Source of the DNA: a bacterium
Lineage (GTDB): Bacteria; RBG-13-61-14; DATKZS01
Direction of reading: 5' to 3'
DNA length: 64,000 bases
Assembly (NCBI GenBank): GCA_963674965.2
Contig: CAXXFL010000005.1
Coordinates: forward strand, 480,001 to 544,000
Shown here: positions 48,512 through 57,540 of the stretch, piece after piece
Layout of the letters: each line of letters opens with the position of its first letter
Position numbering within the stretch: the stretch's first letter is position 1
Translations under genes and position numbers: made by a program
The notes under the pieces: generated by a model
What the model was told of the DNA's origin: nothing
The model's database searches: none
Seen by the model: only the letters and a program-made list of their open reading frames with translations

Positions 48512-49514
48512 CGAAAGACTGCCCAGGGATTCATACGGCAAAATCTGGGTTTTTGGGCTGGCTGTTTTTTTATTGGCGGCGGCGTCCATCGAAGCGTTGG
48601 AGCGATATAAGGGATACGTTCCATCTCTAAAGGACGATCACGCCCTATGGGCGCTGGCTCGCAAGAGTCTTCCCGAAAATGATCGCGGCGCCGTCGTATT
48701 ATTAGGGTCTTCCCGGACTCTATGCGATTTCGATCTTGATGAATTCGAGCGGAATTTCGGGACGAGACCAATTCAACTGGCTGAAATGGCGTCAACTTCC
48801 GAGCCCGCTCTCGATCATATCGCCAGGGAGAGTTTGTTTTCCGGGCTAGTTATTTGCGAGATATCTCCCCACCTGCTTTTCCCCGAAAGAAGCGACTTTA
48901 TAGAACGCGTTAGATTGAACGTGGCGACCTTCCATAACATGGAGCATGAGCTTTTCTCCTATAAAGAAAGGCAAATGAGAAATTTTCTTCAGTCGCGACT
49001 GGTGATCCTGTCGAGCAAGCTTCAAATGGAGGACATGATATTAGGGGTGCTTCATAATGAATGGCCGCCGGCGCCGCTGGTGGTCAAATCGGACAGGTCC
49101 TTTATCTATATGGCGGGAAAATTGGATGAAATCAGGCCTGACGTTGACATGCCGGAGGATCCTGGTGAAAACGCCGTCGTTACGGAGGCCCACATAAAGC
49201 TAATGGACAAAGTGGCCGCTAACGTTGACATGATCAGATCGAGGGGAGGAGAGGTTATTTTCGTTTACCTTCCATGCAGGGGCACTATTAAAGTAACGGA
49301 ACTTGAGAAGTATCCAAGGAACCTCTTTTATGACGCCATCGTGAACAAGACGAGGGCCATTTCGATTTATAGCGAGGATTATCCAAGTCTGGCGAGATTT
49401 AAACCAAAAGTCGATTACAACCACCTGGACAACATACAGTCTATTGAATTCACGAGGGAATTCGTGATTATCCTTAAAGCCAAGCTGGCCGAAGAAAGAA
49501 CCACGGGCCCTTGA
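48486..49514 (+). CDS. SGNH-like membrane-anchored partner of the MBOAT (AlgJ/DltD-like)
   Basis: N-terminal TM, LLGSSR, DYNHL (DxxH); overlaps the end of the MBOAT gene. Confidence 0.75.
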   Translation: MLSSTSNSNERLPRDSYGKIWVFGLAVFLLAAASIEALERYKGYVPSLKDDHALWALARKSLPENDRGAVVLLGSSRTLCDFDLDEFERNFGTRPIQLAEMASTSEPALDHIARESLFSGLVICEISPHLLFPERSDFIERVRLNVATFHNMEHELFSYKERQMRNFLQSRLVILSSKLQMEDMILGVLHNEWPPAPLVVKSDRSFIYMAGKLDEIRPDVDMPEDPGENAVVTEAHIKLMDKVAANVDMIRSRGGEVIFVYLPCRGTIKVTELEKYPRNLFYDAIVNKTRAISIYSEDYPSLARFKPKVDYNHLDNIQSIEFTREFVIILKAKLAEERTTGP

Positions 49515-49594
49515 TCGCGATAAACCGCAGATCGACGCGGAGCCGACGTCAGGTGAAAGCCTGGTTTGTAGTATTCAAATATTCAAAAAGCAAT

Positions 49595-50485
49595 TCAATC
49601 CTTTAGCCACTTTTCTTTGCTTTGGTCCTGCTGCTTGTCCCTCGAGTAGCCGCAGGCCAAATCAGGGTCCTGGAGAAGCATCTTGGCGTGGACCTTGTCC
49701 ACCTCGTCCGACTTTTTAATGACTTTCATGGATTCGACCTTGCCCAGCGTTTCAAGCCCTTCCTTGACTTTTGCCGGGTCGTCGCGCTTCTGGCCCAGGC
49801 AGACGAGGGAGATTCCAAGCTCCTTAACGTACTCGATCCTGTTCGGGTCCCTTTCCGCGGCCTTGCGGTTGTACTCGACCGACTTTTCCAGGTCGCCGCA
49901 GGTACCGACCACTTTCCTAATGGGAAAGGCGCATGCCCATTCGGGTACGATGCGGTAGAACTGGCCGGCCATCTGGTAGAGGTCTCCCAGGGTGTTGGCC
50001 GTTCCGCTGGCGGACTTGTACTGGGGCGCCAGCTCGATTCCCTTGAGCATGTTCTTTTCCAGGTCGGGCGCGACCATGGCCGAGGCGAAGGTCCCCTCGG
50101 TCGTGCCTTTCCGGCCCAGGCCCACGCAGTACCACATATAGCAGTTGCCGTCATCGGGGTCTTTTTCCATGCACTTTTGGGAAAGAGCTATAACCTCGTC
50201 ATAGGCTTTAACCAGGGTGTCCTTGTCCGGCTTTTTTTCGCGGGGAAGGTCCTCATACCTGATGTATACGTTGCGCGCCTTGCGCCAGTAGGGCTCGGCG
50301 CGGTCCGGGTAAAGCTCGATCAGCCGGTCCAGGACCTCGTCGGTGGCGTCATAGTCGCGGCTCTCGTAAGCCGTTTCCGACCTGGCGATCAGTTCCTCGT
50401 AGCTCTCGCCGGGACCGGGCGAGGCTGAAAAGCAGAAGCAGGCGACAAGGGCCAAAATAGCGGGCCCAAAGGTTTTCCCATGCAT
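49595..50485 (-). CDS. Secreted TPR-like helical repeat protein
   Basis: Signal peptide; TPR-type helices (YWRKAR, KGIELAP, AAERDPNRIEY). Confidence 0.8.
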   Translation of the reverse strand: MHGKTFGPAILALVACFCFSASPGPGESYEELIARSETAYESRDYDATDEVLDRLIELYPDRAEPYWRKARNVYIRYEDLPREKKPDKDTLVKAYDEVIALSQKCMEKDPDDGNCYMWYCVGLGRKGTTEGTFASAMVAPDLEKNMLKGIELAPQYKSASGTANTLGDLYQMAGQFYRIVPEWACAFPIRKVVGTCGDLEKSVEYNRKAAERDPNRIEYVKELGISLVCLGQKRDDPAKVKEGLETLGKVESMKVIKKSDEVDKVHAKMLLQDPDLACGYSRDKQQDQSKEKWLKD

Positions 50486-50539
50486 CGGAGGTCCTCCCGT
50501 CGTTGGTTTCTTTGCAGGACGTTATAAGCGTTTTGTCTA

Positions 50540-50724
50540 GAGCCTCTTGCATAAGTCCGGCTTTGGAGTGCGGCGGCTCGACGCCGCTTTTCTTCCGAGC
50601 GGCTTGACGCGAGGAAAGGCTTTGTATTTTTTGCCTTGTCAAGCCAAGGCCATCGAAAGCGGTCTCAAGCGACCGCGCTCCAAAGCGGCTATGCCTCCAA
50701 GGAAAAGACTTTTGCAAGAACCTC
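50540..50724 (-). mobile_element. MITE-like element, copy 5 (inverted)
   Basis: GAGCCTCTTGCATAAGTCC ... GACTTTTGCAAGAACCTC; flanking direct repeat TCTA (50536-50539, 50725-50728). Confidence 0.9.
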
Positions 50725-50859
50725 TCTAAAGTCGATTATAACATGGAGCCGAATGGTAATGGCAAATTCTTCTTTTTTGCCAGGCGGCCGGCCCATGCCC
50801 CGGCGTGTGCAGGAACTGAATTGCAGTACGGAGTAATGCGTGCTATATAATGTTAAATC

Positions 50860-51237
50860 ATGGGGGAAATCGAGAATAAAAAGATACTGATCGTGGAGGA
50901 CAGCCCCGCCCTGGCCAAGGCCATCGAGAAGGGCCTGACCAAGGAGGGCTACCAGGTCTTCGTGGTCAGGAACGGGTTCGAGGCCCTCCGGGACGTGGAT
51001 CAGATCAAGCCCGACCTTATCATGACCGACGTTAACATGCCCAAACTGGACGGTATCAAGATGTGTCAGGCCATTCAGAACCGGCTGGAAACGCGGGACA
51101 TTCCCTTTATTCTCGTGTCCAGCCAACTGGACGCCAAGACCCTCCAGACGGGCAAGGCCATCGGGGCCAGATACTTTATCGCCAAGCCGTTTAAAATGGA
51201 ACAGATACTCTCCAGGGTGCGTGAAGTCCTCGGCTGA
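50860..51237 (+). CDS. Single-domain response regulator (CheY-like)
   Basis: ILIVEDS, TDVNMPKLDG, AKPF. Confidence 0.93.
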   Translation: MGEIENKKILIVEDSPALAKAIEKGLTKEGYQVFVVRNGFEALRDVDQIKPDLIMTDVNMPKLDGIKMCQAIQNRLETRDIPFILVSSQLDAKTLQTGKAIGARYFIAKPFKMEQILSRVREVLG

Positions 51238-51249
51238 CGGGAGGACGCC

Positions 51250-51600
51250 ATGGCCGCCAGGATCGTGTCCTACGAGTTCGGCAAAATCGAAATCGACGGC
51301 AAGACCTTCACCAGGGACGTAATAATACTGCCCGACGGCGTCATTGACGGATGGTGGAGGAAGGAGGGCCATTCACTATGCCCCGAGGACGTCTCCGAAG
51401 TAATCGACAAATATAAGCCGGAAAAAATCATCATAGGGAAAGGGGCCAACGGCCTTCTCAAGGTACCAACCGCCACCAGGAGATGGATCGAGAACAGGGG
51501 AATCAGACTTGTGGACCTGCCCACCGCCGCGGCCGTCGACTATTTCAACGACCTGCCCGGCTCAGCCAGGGCCATAGCGGGTCTGCACCTTACCTGTTAG
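51250..51600 (+). CDS. Mth938-like (DUF498) protein
   Basis: YEFGKIEIDGK, WWRKEGH, IIGKG, HLTC. Confidence 0.9.
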   Translation: MAARIVSYEFGKIEIDGKTFTRDVIILPDGVIDGWWRKEGHSLCPEDVSEVIDKYKPEKIIIGKGANGLLKVPTATRRWIENRGIRLVDLPTAAAVDYFNDLPGSARAIAGLHLTC

Positions 51601-51658
51601 CCGCCCATAAACCGCGGGCCGGCGTCCGGTGAATAATCTTGTTTCAGGGAGGAAGAAA

Positions 51659-52516
51659 ATGAAAAGGGGCGCGATCATGGCGGCCTTTACGTTTTGCGTC
51701 TTGTACGTCGTATATATCGGATGCTCTCACGCCGGCGGGGCGGGCAAGATCGGCTCGGCCGAGCGGACTGTAATCCTTGCCAACCTCGGGGTCCGAGAAA
51801 GCTCGGGCCTGGCCCCCAGCGGCCGCCGAAGCGGCGCGTTCTGGACTCACAACGACTCCGGCAACAAGCCGAGCCTGTTCGCCTTCGACCTTAGCGGCCG
51901 CGACCTGGGCGAATGGCGAGTGGAGGGCGCCCGGAACCTGGACTGGGAAGACATGGCCTCGGCCAAGATCGACGGGAAGGACTACCTGCTTATAGCCGAC
52001 GTGGGAGACAACGCCCGCAAGCGCGACTTCTGCCTGCTCTACGTCGTGCCCGAGCCCGATCCCGAGGAGGGAGGAGGCTCCGTTTCCATCGAGCGGGCCA
52101 TAAATTTCCATTACCCGGACGGTCCCCACGACTGCGAGAGCGTGGGCGTATGCGCGGACGAGCGAAAGATATATCTCGTCTCGAAAACGCTGGGGGGCCG
52201 GGCCACGGTCTACTCGATCGGCTGGGACTCCGGCCATGAAGCCGAGGCCGCGGAGATAGCAAACCTTTCCATAGGGGAGGCCACGGCCATGGACTTCTCG
52301 CCGGACGGGACCCGAGCCGTAGTGCTTTCCTATTTCGCCGTGCATGAGTTCGTCCGGAAGGATGGCGAGGGCTGGGACAAGGCCTTCAAAAGGCAACCAA
52401 GGGTGGCGCCGCTCCTCGAGCGGAGGCAATGGGAAGCCGTCGCTTACGGTTCGGATGGCTCGAGGATTTTTATCACGGCCGAGGGAAGGCCGGCCATATT
52501 TCGGGAAGTGAAATAA
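51659..52516 (+). CDS. Secreted beta-propeller-like protein
   Basis: ESSGL, WTHNDSG, DWEDM, ADVGDN, YPDGPHDCE. Confidence 0.8.
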   Translation: MKRGAIMAAFTFCVLYVVYIGCSHAGGAGKIGSAERTVILANLGVRESSGLAPSGRRSGAFWTHNDSGNKPSLFAFDLSGRDLGEWRVEGARNLDWEDMASAKIDGKDYLLIADVGDNARKRDFCLLYVVPEPDPEEGGGSVSIERAINFHYPDGPHDCESVGVCADERKIYLVSKTLGGRATVYSIGWDSGHEAEAAEIANLSIGEATAMDFSPDGTRAVVLSYFAVHEFVRKDGEGWDKAFKRQPRVAPLLERRQWEAVAYGSDGSRIFITAEGRPAIFREVK

Positions 52517-52567
52517 CGGCCCCGCCGTTAAGCGGCGTTCGCGTTTTATGGGCCGTTCCTCATCCTT

Positions 52568-53875
52568 TCATTTGACGCGGTCCCGCTCATTGTATCTTTG
52601 CCAGTAGCGCCGAAATAGCGGGCCGGTCCGCTCGGTCTTCATGGCGGCGATGGCCCTTCCCCAGTCGGTCGTCGCCCTCCTCGCCTTCTCGAAGCACTCG
52701 TCCATTTCCCCTTGGCCCGGGCCGTCCGCGTTTTTTCCCAGCCTTTCGATGAATTCTTTCTCGAGGGGTAGGAATATATCGCGGGCGAGTCGCGTGGCCT
52801 CTTCAAAGGAGAAGACGGCCCGGCGGTGGAGCCTCTCGCTCATCCACCAGTAAGACCGCTCGTCGAACCCGGCCGCGCCGGGCTTGTAGGCCGAGGGCAA
52901 GTCGGCGTTTTTTCCGAAGACGGGGAAGAAGGGACTCACGCAGGGGTTGGAGGCGGCGGTGGTGAAGTACTGGGCTCCCGTCTTGTCCAGCCTCGCGACC
53001 AGCGAGCAGGTGGACTGGGTGGGGCGGGTCAGCTTGTTGGCGGCGTGCATGCAAAGGGTCCCGCCCTTTTGCCGCCATGGCCGCCATTTAAGGTCCGGGC
53101 CGTGGTCGCGAAGCGCCTCCATGAAGTCGGCCAATTTCAGCCTTCCTTTTCTCGCGGCCAGGAAATCACGGGACCGGCACTCGCGGGGTTTTCCCTGGGC
53201 GCCCCAGGTGAAGACGCGGTCGGAGTAGCACCTCCGGAAGTCGAAATCCGACTCGCCTCGGCAGTAGCCCTTTTTCACCGCGTTTTGAATGAGGCCGGGC
53301 GAGCACTCGTCGAAGTCGTCGGTCAGGGAGATCACGTTCGAGATGCTCCAGAAGTCCCGGACCTTTTTCCAAGCCCACCAGCGCCTTACGGTCTCGAGAA
53401 CGAAGCCCTCCTCCCGGTCGGCGATGAGGAAGCCGTTCATATAGGAAAGATTCTGAGTATGGCCGGCTTTTCCTCCCTGTCCGTGTTTTTCGAGAAGAGA
53501 TATTATCCGGTCCCGCGCCTCGGCCGCGCTGGCCGCCCGCTCGAGGGCCAGTCTCAGCATGTCCATGCCCAGAAGGCCCGTCTTCTCGGGCTTCTCCCTG
53601 GTGAAGACGGCCTCGTTGCCGATGACCACGCCCGCGTCATTGGCCCCCATCTCGGCCCCGAACATCCAGTAGGGCCGGCACAGAAGCACGCGCCGGGTCC
53701 GGCGCGCCTGAGGTATATCGAGGTAAGTGCATTTCACCGAGGCGCCTTCCGGGTGGCCGGCGGCGGGATAAACCTCGAGGTTCTGGACCTCGTCGGGCTC
53801 GCGGTCGCTGTTCTTGCCGAACAGAACGGACCCGTCGGCGGTGGCCGTTCCCAGGGCCAGCAGGGTGTCGCACAC
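52568..53875 (-). CDS. Peptidase C69 / secernin-like Ntn hydrolase
   Basis: MCDT N-terminal nucleophile, GKNSDREPDE, GAEMGAN, GMDMLRLALER. Confidence 0.92.
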   Translation of the reverse strand: MCDTLLALGTATADGSVLFGKNSDREPDEVQNLEVYPAAGHPEGASVKCTYLDIPQARRTRRVLLCRPYWMFGAEMGANDAGVVIGNEAVFTREKPEKTGLLGMDMLRLALERAASAAEARDRIISLLEKHGQGGKAGHTQNLSYMNGFLIADREEGFVLETVRRWWAWKKVRDFWSISNVISLTDDFDECSPGLIQNAVKKGYCRGESDFDFRRCYSDRVFTWGAQGKPRECRSRDFLAARKGRLKLADFMEALRDHGPDLKWRPWRQKGGTLCMHAANKLTRPTQSTCSLVARLDKTGAQYFTTAASNPCVSPFFPVFGKNADLPSAYKPGAAGFDERSYWWMSERLHRRAVFSFEEATRLARDIFLPLEKEFIERLGKNADGPGQGEMDECFEKARRATTDWGRAIAAMKTERTGPLFRRYWQRYNERDRVK

Positions 53876-53904
53876 GGCTTAAGCTCCTTTCTCTTTGGTC
53901 CAGG

Positions 53905-54471
53905 TCAATTGACGACCTTCAAAACTTGCGGCTCGCGCCTGGGCGTGGGCGGCGGGACCTTGGCGGGAAAGCCGAAAATCAGGGGCGCGACGATGACGAG
54001 GTCGCCCGTCAGGCCAAGCTCTAGCCTCAGCGCCTCGTCCTGGACGTCCGCCCCCATGTTGATCCAGCAGGTCCCCAGTCCCCTGGCCGCGGCCCCGAAC
54101 ATGAAGTAGGCCGCGAAGAGGGCGCAATCCACGTGAACGCTTTTAAGGTCTTTCGGCCCGGCGATAACGGCCAGGTGAGGCGCGTTGTAAAAGACGTTGA
54201 ACTCGGGATTGGACAAGGCGGCCTCGTACCTGGCGGAGGGATGATCGGGGTCGGCCTCGATTTTAGCCAGGATGTTCCTCTTGCTCTCGTCGGATATCTT
54301 TTTCATCAACTCCTTATTGTTCACGATAGCTATCTTCCACGGTTGGCGGTCCGATGAACTGGGGGCCAAAACGCACTCCTTTAATAGCTCCTCCACCGTC
54401 TCGGGGGGCACGGGCTTGTCCCGGTAGTTACGGACCGATCTCCTTGTTTGAACTAGGTTTTCGTATTCCAT
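53905..54471 (-). CDS. Nitroreductase family protein
   Basis: RRSVRNY, APSSSDRQPW, GLGTCW; GGAGG RBS. Confidence 0.92.
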   Translation of the reverse strand: MEYENLVQTRRSVRNYRDKPVPPETVEELLKECVLAPSSSDRQPWKIAIVNNKELMKKISDESKRNILAKIEADPDHPSARYEAALSNPEFNVFYNAPHLAVIAGPKDLKSVHVDCALFAAYFMFGAAARGLGTCWINMGADVQDEALRLELGLTGDLVIVAPLIFGFPAKVPPPTPRREPQVLKVVN

Positions 54472-54618
54472 TCGCGCGACCTCCATAATTTCGGCCGATC
54501 CTTTGCGCTCTCCACAATTGTATGAGCGAGAGTTTGAAACGGCGTTTTCTTAGTCAACGTTATTGTATCAAAGTTGGCTGATTTTCGCTCTTTCTTCTTC
54601 GACGCGATTTAAATTATG

Positions 54619-54804
54619 GAGCTTCTTGCAAAAGTCCCTTTCTTGGCGGCATAGCCGCTTTGGATTGTGGTCGCTTGAGGGCGCTTTCGATGGCTTTGGC
54701 TTGACAAGGCCTGAGAATACAACGGCTCGCCTCGCGTCAAGCCGCTAGGAAGAAAAGCGGCGTCGAGCCGCCGCACTCCAAAGCGGGACTTTTGCAAGAG
54801 GCTC
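54619..54804 (+). mobile_element. MITE-like element, copy 6
   Basis: 20-bp TIR with one mismatch (GAGCTTCTTGCAAAAGTCCC / GGGACTTTTGCAAGAGGCTC); flanking direct repeat TATG (54615-54618, 54805-54808). Confidence 0.92.
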
Positions 54805-54820
54805 TATGAGCAATTAATTA

Positions 54821-56584
54821 GTTCCAGTTGCGTAACTAGAAAAAGCCAATAAAAACAATGTGCTGTAAGCATTTTTCGCTTCCCTTTTTGGTCTTGATAT
54901 GATACAATAACTCCTTGAAAAATCAAGGATTGACTTGCCGGGATGCTGTGAAGGGGGCGAAAAATGCGACCGAAAATTAAAATGCAAATGACCATTGAAG
55001 ACCACGAATTTTTGAAAGCGGGCCATCTTTTCAAACAAGACACTGAGCTTGAGAAGATGAGCATAGCGCTCGACGAGGCCAAGGAAATTCTGGAAGCTGT
55101 TGCCGATGATCTCCAAAGCGGACTCAAGGAGACCGGCGCCGAGGGGATGAGCGTCGAGCAGGTCCTTAGGAGCGCGGTCATCTATCAACTCAAGTGTTAT
55201 TCCTACCGGGAACTCGGCGACCGCCTCGGTTCCGATTACAATTTCCGCAAGTTCACCAGGTTCTTCGGGCGGGACATTCCCCATTTCAGCAGCCTGGAGC
55301 GGGCGATAAAACGCATCCGCCCCGAGACCTGGGAGCGGATCAACGAAATGCTCGTGGCCCTGGCCATTAAAAAAAAAGTAGAAGACGGCGAGGCGGTCCG
55401 CGCTGACACCGCGGTGGCCGAGGCCAACATCCACTATCCGACCGACGCTTCGCTTCTTTTTGACAGCATCCGTGTATTGGACCGGTTGATGAAAGGAGCG
55501 CGGAAGGAGCTGCCGGGTCTCGGGTTCGAATATCATGACCGGACTCGGCGGGCCAAGAAGCGCGCTTACCAGATCGCCATGGGCAAAGGCAAAGGGATCG
55601 AGAAGAAACGGGCGGTCTGGTACCGGGACCTTCTCAAGGTTTCGGCGGAAATCTTGGCCATGGCCCGCTCGGCGCGGGAGGCGCTGGACGAGGCCCTTAA
55701 AGGCGGAGAGCTTTATTTCAGCGATGCGGGCCTGGCAACCATGATCAAGAGCGAACTCGATCATTACCTGCCGCTTTCTGAGCAGTGCGTCGAGCAGTGC
55801 GAGCGGCGGGTTATAAAAGGCGAGAAGGTTCCCGCGCAAGAGAAGGTGGTTTCCGTTTTCGAGCCGCACGTTGATATCATCCGGAGAGGCAAGACCATGA
55901 GCCCGACCGAGTTCGGTCACAAGGTGATGGCGGCGACGGGAAGGTCGGGGATTGTGCTTCAATATAAAGTGTGCGAGGGCAACCCTTCCGACGCCGACCT
56001 TTTCGAGGACATTTTGCAAAAACACGTCCGCCTGTTCGGCAAGGCTCCACGCGAGTTTACCGGCGACCGCCGCTTCTATCATGAGGACAATGAGAAGCTT
56101 GCGACCGAAGGTCCTTATTATATCGAGCGCCTGGCCATTCCCAAGCCCGGCAAAAGGAGTTCGGAGCGGATCGAGCACGAGCGTCAGCGCTGGTTCAAGA
56201 AGCTTCTTCGCTTCCGGGCCGGGATCGAGGGCGGCCTTTCCGCCCTTCTTCGCGGCTTCGGTCTGAGCCGATGCCTGTGGAGAGGTTTCGAGAGCTTCAA
56301 GTCCTGGGTGGGTCTTTCGTTCTTTGCCTGGAACCTTCGAAAACTCGCGCTGCTGACTTAGCCGCCGCCGGGCGCGCCCCTGTGGGGGCAATGAAAAACG
56401 GAAATGAAAAACAGCAAAAGGAGAGGTGTTTTTTGAAAGGATAGAAAAGGGCCGGCTCAGGCATTCAACTCGCCTGAAAGCGTTAAAATCTTTTCCGTCC
56501 TTTATAGACGCCCTGAAAATCTGCATGTCCATATCCTCTCCGCACCGCATAATGAAAGCCATTAAGCAGTTGTGCAACAGAAAC
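54821..56584 (+). mobile_element. Complete insertion sequence (ISNCY/IS5-like), 1764 bp
   Basis: Imperfect 17-bp TIRs GTTCCAGTTGCGTAACT / AGTTGTGCAACAGAAAC (13/17); TAATTA on both sides (54815-54820, 56585-56590). Confidence 0.88.
54964..56361 (+). CDS. DDE transposase (ISNCY/IS5-like)
   Basis: RADTAVAEANIHYPTDASLL, EKVVSVFEPH, EFGHKV, GDRRF, RFRAGIEGGLS. Confidence 0.93.
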   Translation: MRPKIKMQMTIEDHEFLKAGHLFKQDTELEKMSIALDEAKEILEAVADDLQSGLKETGAEGMSVEQVLRSAVIYQLKCYSYRELGDRLGSDYNFRKFTRFFGRDIPHFSSLERAIKRIRPETWERINEMLVALAIKKKVEDGEAVRADTAVAEANIHYPTDASLLFDSIRVLDRLMKGARKELPGLGFEYHDRTRRAKKRAYQIAMGKGKGIEKKRAVWYRDLLKVSAEILAMARSAREALDEALKGGELYFSDAGLATMIKSELDHYLPLSEQCVEQCERRVIKGEKVPAQEKVVSVFEPHVDIIRRGKTMSPTEFGHKVMAATGRSGIVLQYKVCEGNPSDADLFEDILQKHVRLFGKAPREFTGDRRFYHEDNEKLATEGPYYIERLAIPKPGKRSSERIEHERQRWFKKLLRFRAGIEGGLSALLRGFGLSRCLWRGFESFKSWVGLSFFAWNLRKLALLT

Positions 56585-56593
56585 TAATTAAGA

Positions 56594-56740
56594 CGCCGTG
56601 TATAGTAACGGCTTTACAATAAGCGATCTTTGGCAGAATATCGTCAAACCTTTTGGTCCAGACAAAGGGGATAGGGTTTCCATTTGTGACTCGGAAATAT
56701 TCCTCGATGGCGGCCGCCAACAGGTAACCCGCAAACGAGT
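56594..56740 (-). pseudogene. IS630-family transposase C-terminal remnant
   Basis: Manual translation LAAAIEEYFRVTNGNPIPFVWTKRFDDILPKIAYCKAV matches the N..P.PFVWTK....IL.KI tail of IS630-type transposases. Confidence 0.7.
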
Positions 56741-56917
56741 CTTGAAATATAAGTCGCCCATATATCCGCTATATGGGCGAGCATAGCGAGTTGGTCGGCG
56801 AGTTTGATCTTCCGGGAATGGCTCGCGTTTCAGGATGGTCCATTTTAGCGGCCTATCCATCCAGCTACGCGGGAACCACGCGGTTCCAAAGAAACCGGGC
56901 GGGCCACCGCCTGCGGC

Positions 56918-57346
56918 TCAGCCGAAATCCAGCGACGAGGTGAAGTGGACGCCCGGCTTGGTCCGGAAGGCGAAGTAGACCTTGACCGCGTCTCCGGACT
57001 TCTTGGCCTGCAGGTAGACGTGTTCCATGACCTTGTTGCCGCTGGCGATGAGGCCTTCCAGCTTGGCCATGCTCTCGGCGTCGCCGATCGAGCTCACGAG
57101 GGACGACTCGTCCGAGCCGGCCACCTCGAGGGCCTTGCCGAAGATATCGCGCCAGGCCTGGGCCTCGAGGGCCACCAGGGTCTTGAGGCCGTCCTTGTCC
57201 TTCCAGCCGTCCGAGGCCTGGACCACGTCGTTAAATGTCCCCTTCACGCCGTTTAGGGCGTCGCCGAAACCCATTCCTCCGGGAATCTCGATGGCGAGCT
57301 TTTTCTCGCCCTCCTGGGCCATTTCCAAAATAAAGTTTTCGTCCAT
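56918..57346 (-). CDS. Hypothetical protein
   Basis: 142 aa, host-like codon usage, GGAG RBS before ATG 57346. Confidence 0.7.
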   Translation of the reverse strand: MDENFILEMAQEGEKKLAIEIPGGMGFGDALNGVKGTFNDVVQASDGWKDKDGLKTLVALEAQAWRDIFGKALEVAGSDESSLVSSIGDAESMAKLEGLIASGNKVMEHVYLQAKKSGDAVKVYFAFRTKPGVHFTSSLDFG

Positions 57347-57540
57347 TCGCACTCTCCAATCGCGTCCGATTTAACGTGGCTTATTAATGGTCCAAGATAG
57401 CAGAGGCGGGTGAAAAAGAAAACCCCAAAAAAGCGCCGCGTGATTTTTACGCGATCGTGACGAAAAACTCTTGCTTTCTTTATCTCGGTTCTATATCATC
57501 TTTTTGAATTGACCGAAAAAACAGACAAGGCGAGGTTTAC

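Noticed and set aside
4515-54804. Recurrent short ORFs such as KVPLWSAAARRRFSSERL and RSEEKRRRAAALQSG that look like a small protein family
   Set aside because: They are translations of the MITE copies in varying frames, with inconsistent starts and stops
4515-54804. Dispersed repeats considered as a CRISPR array
   Set aside because: Copies are kilobases apart, ~186 bp long, have TIRs and TSDs, and no cas genes are present
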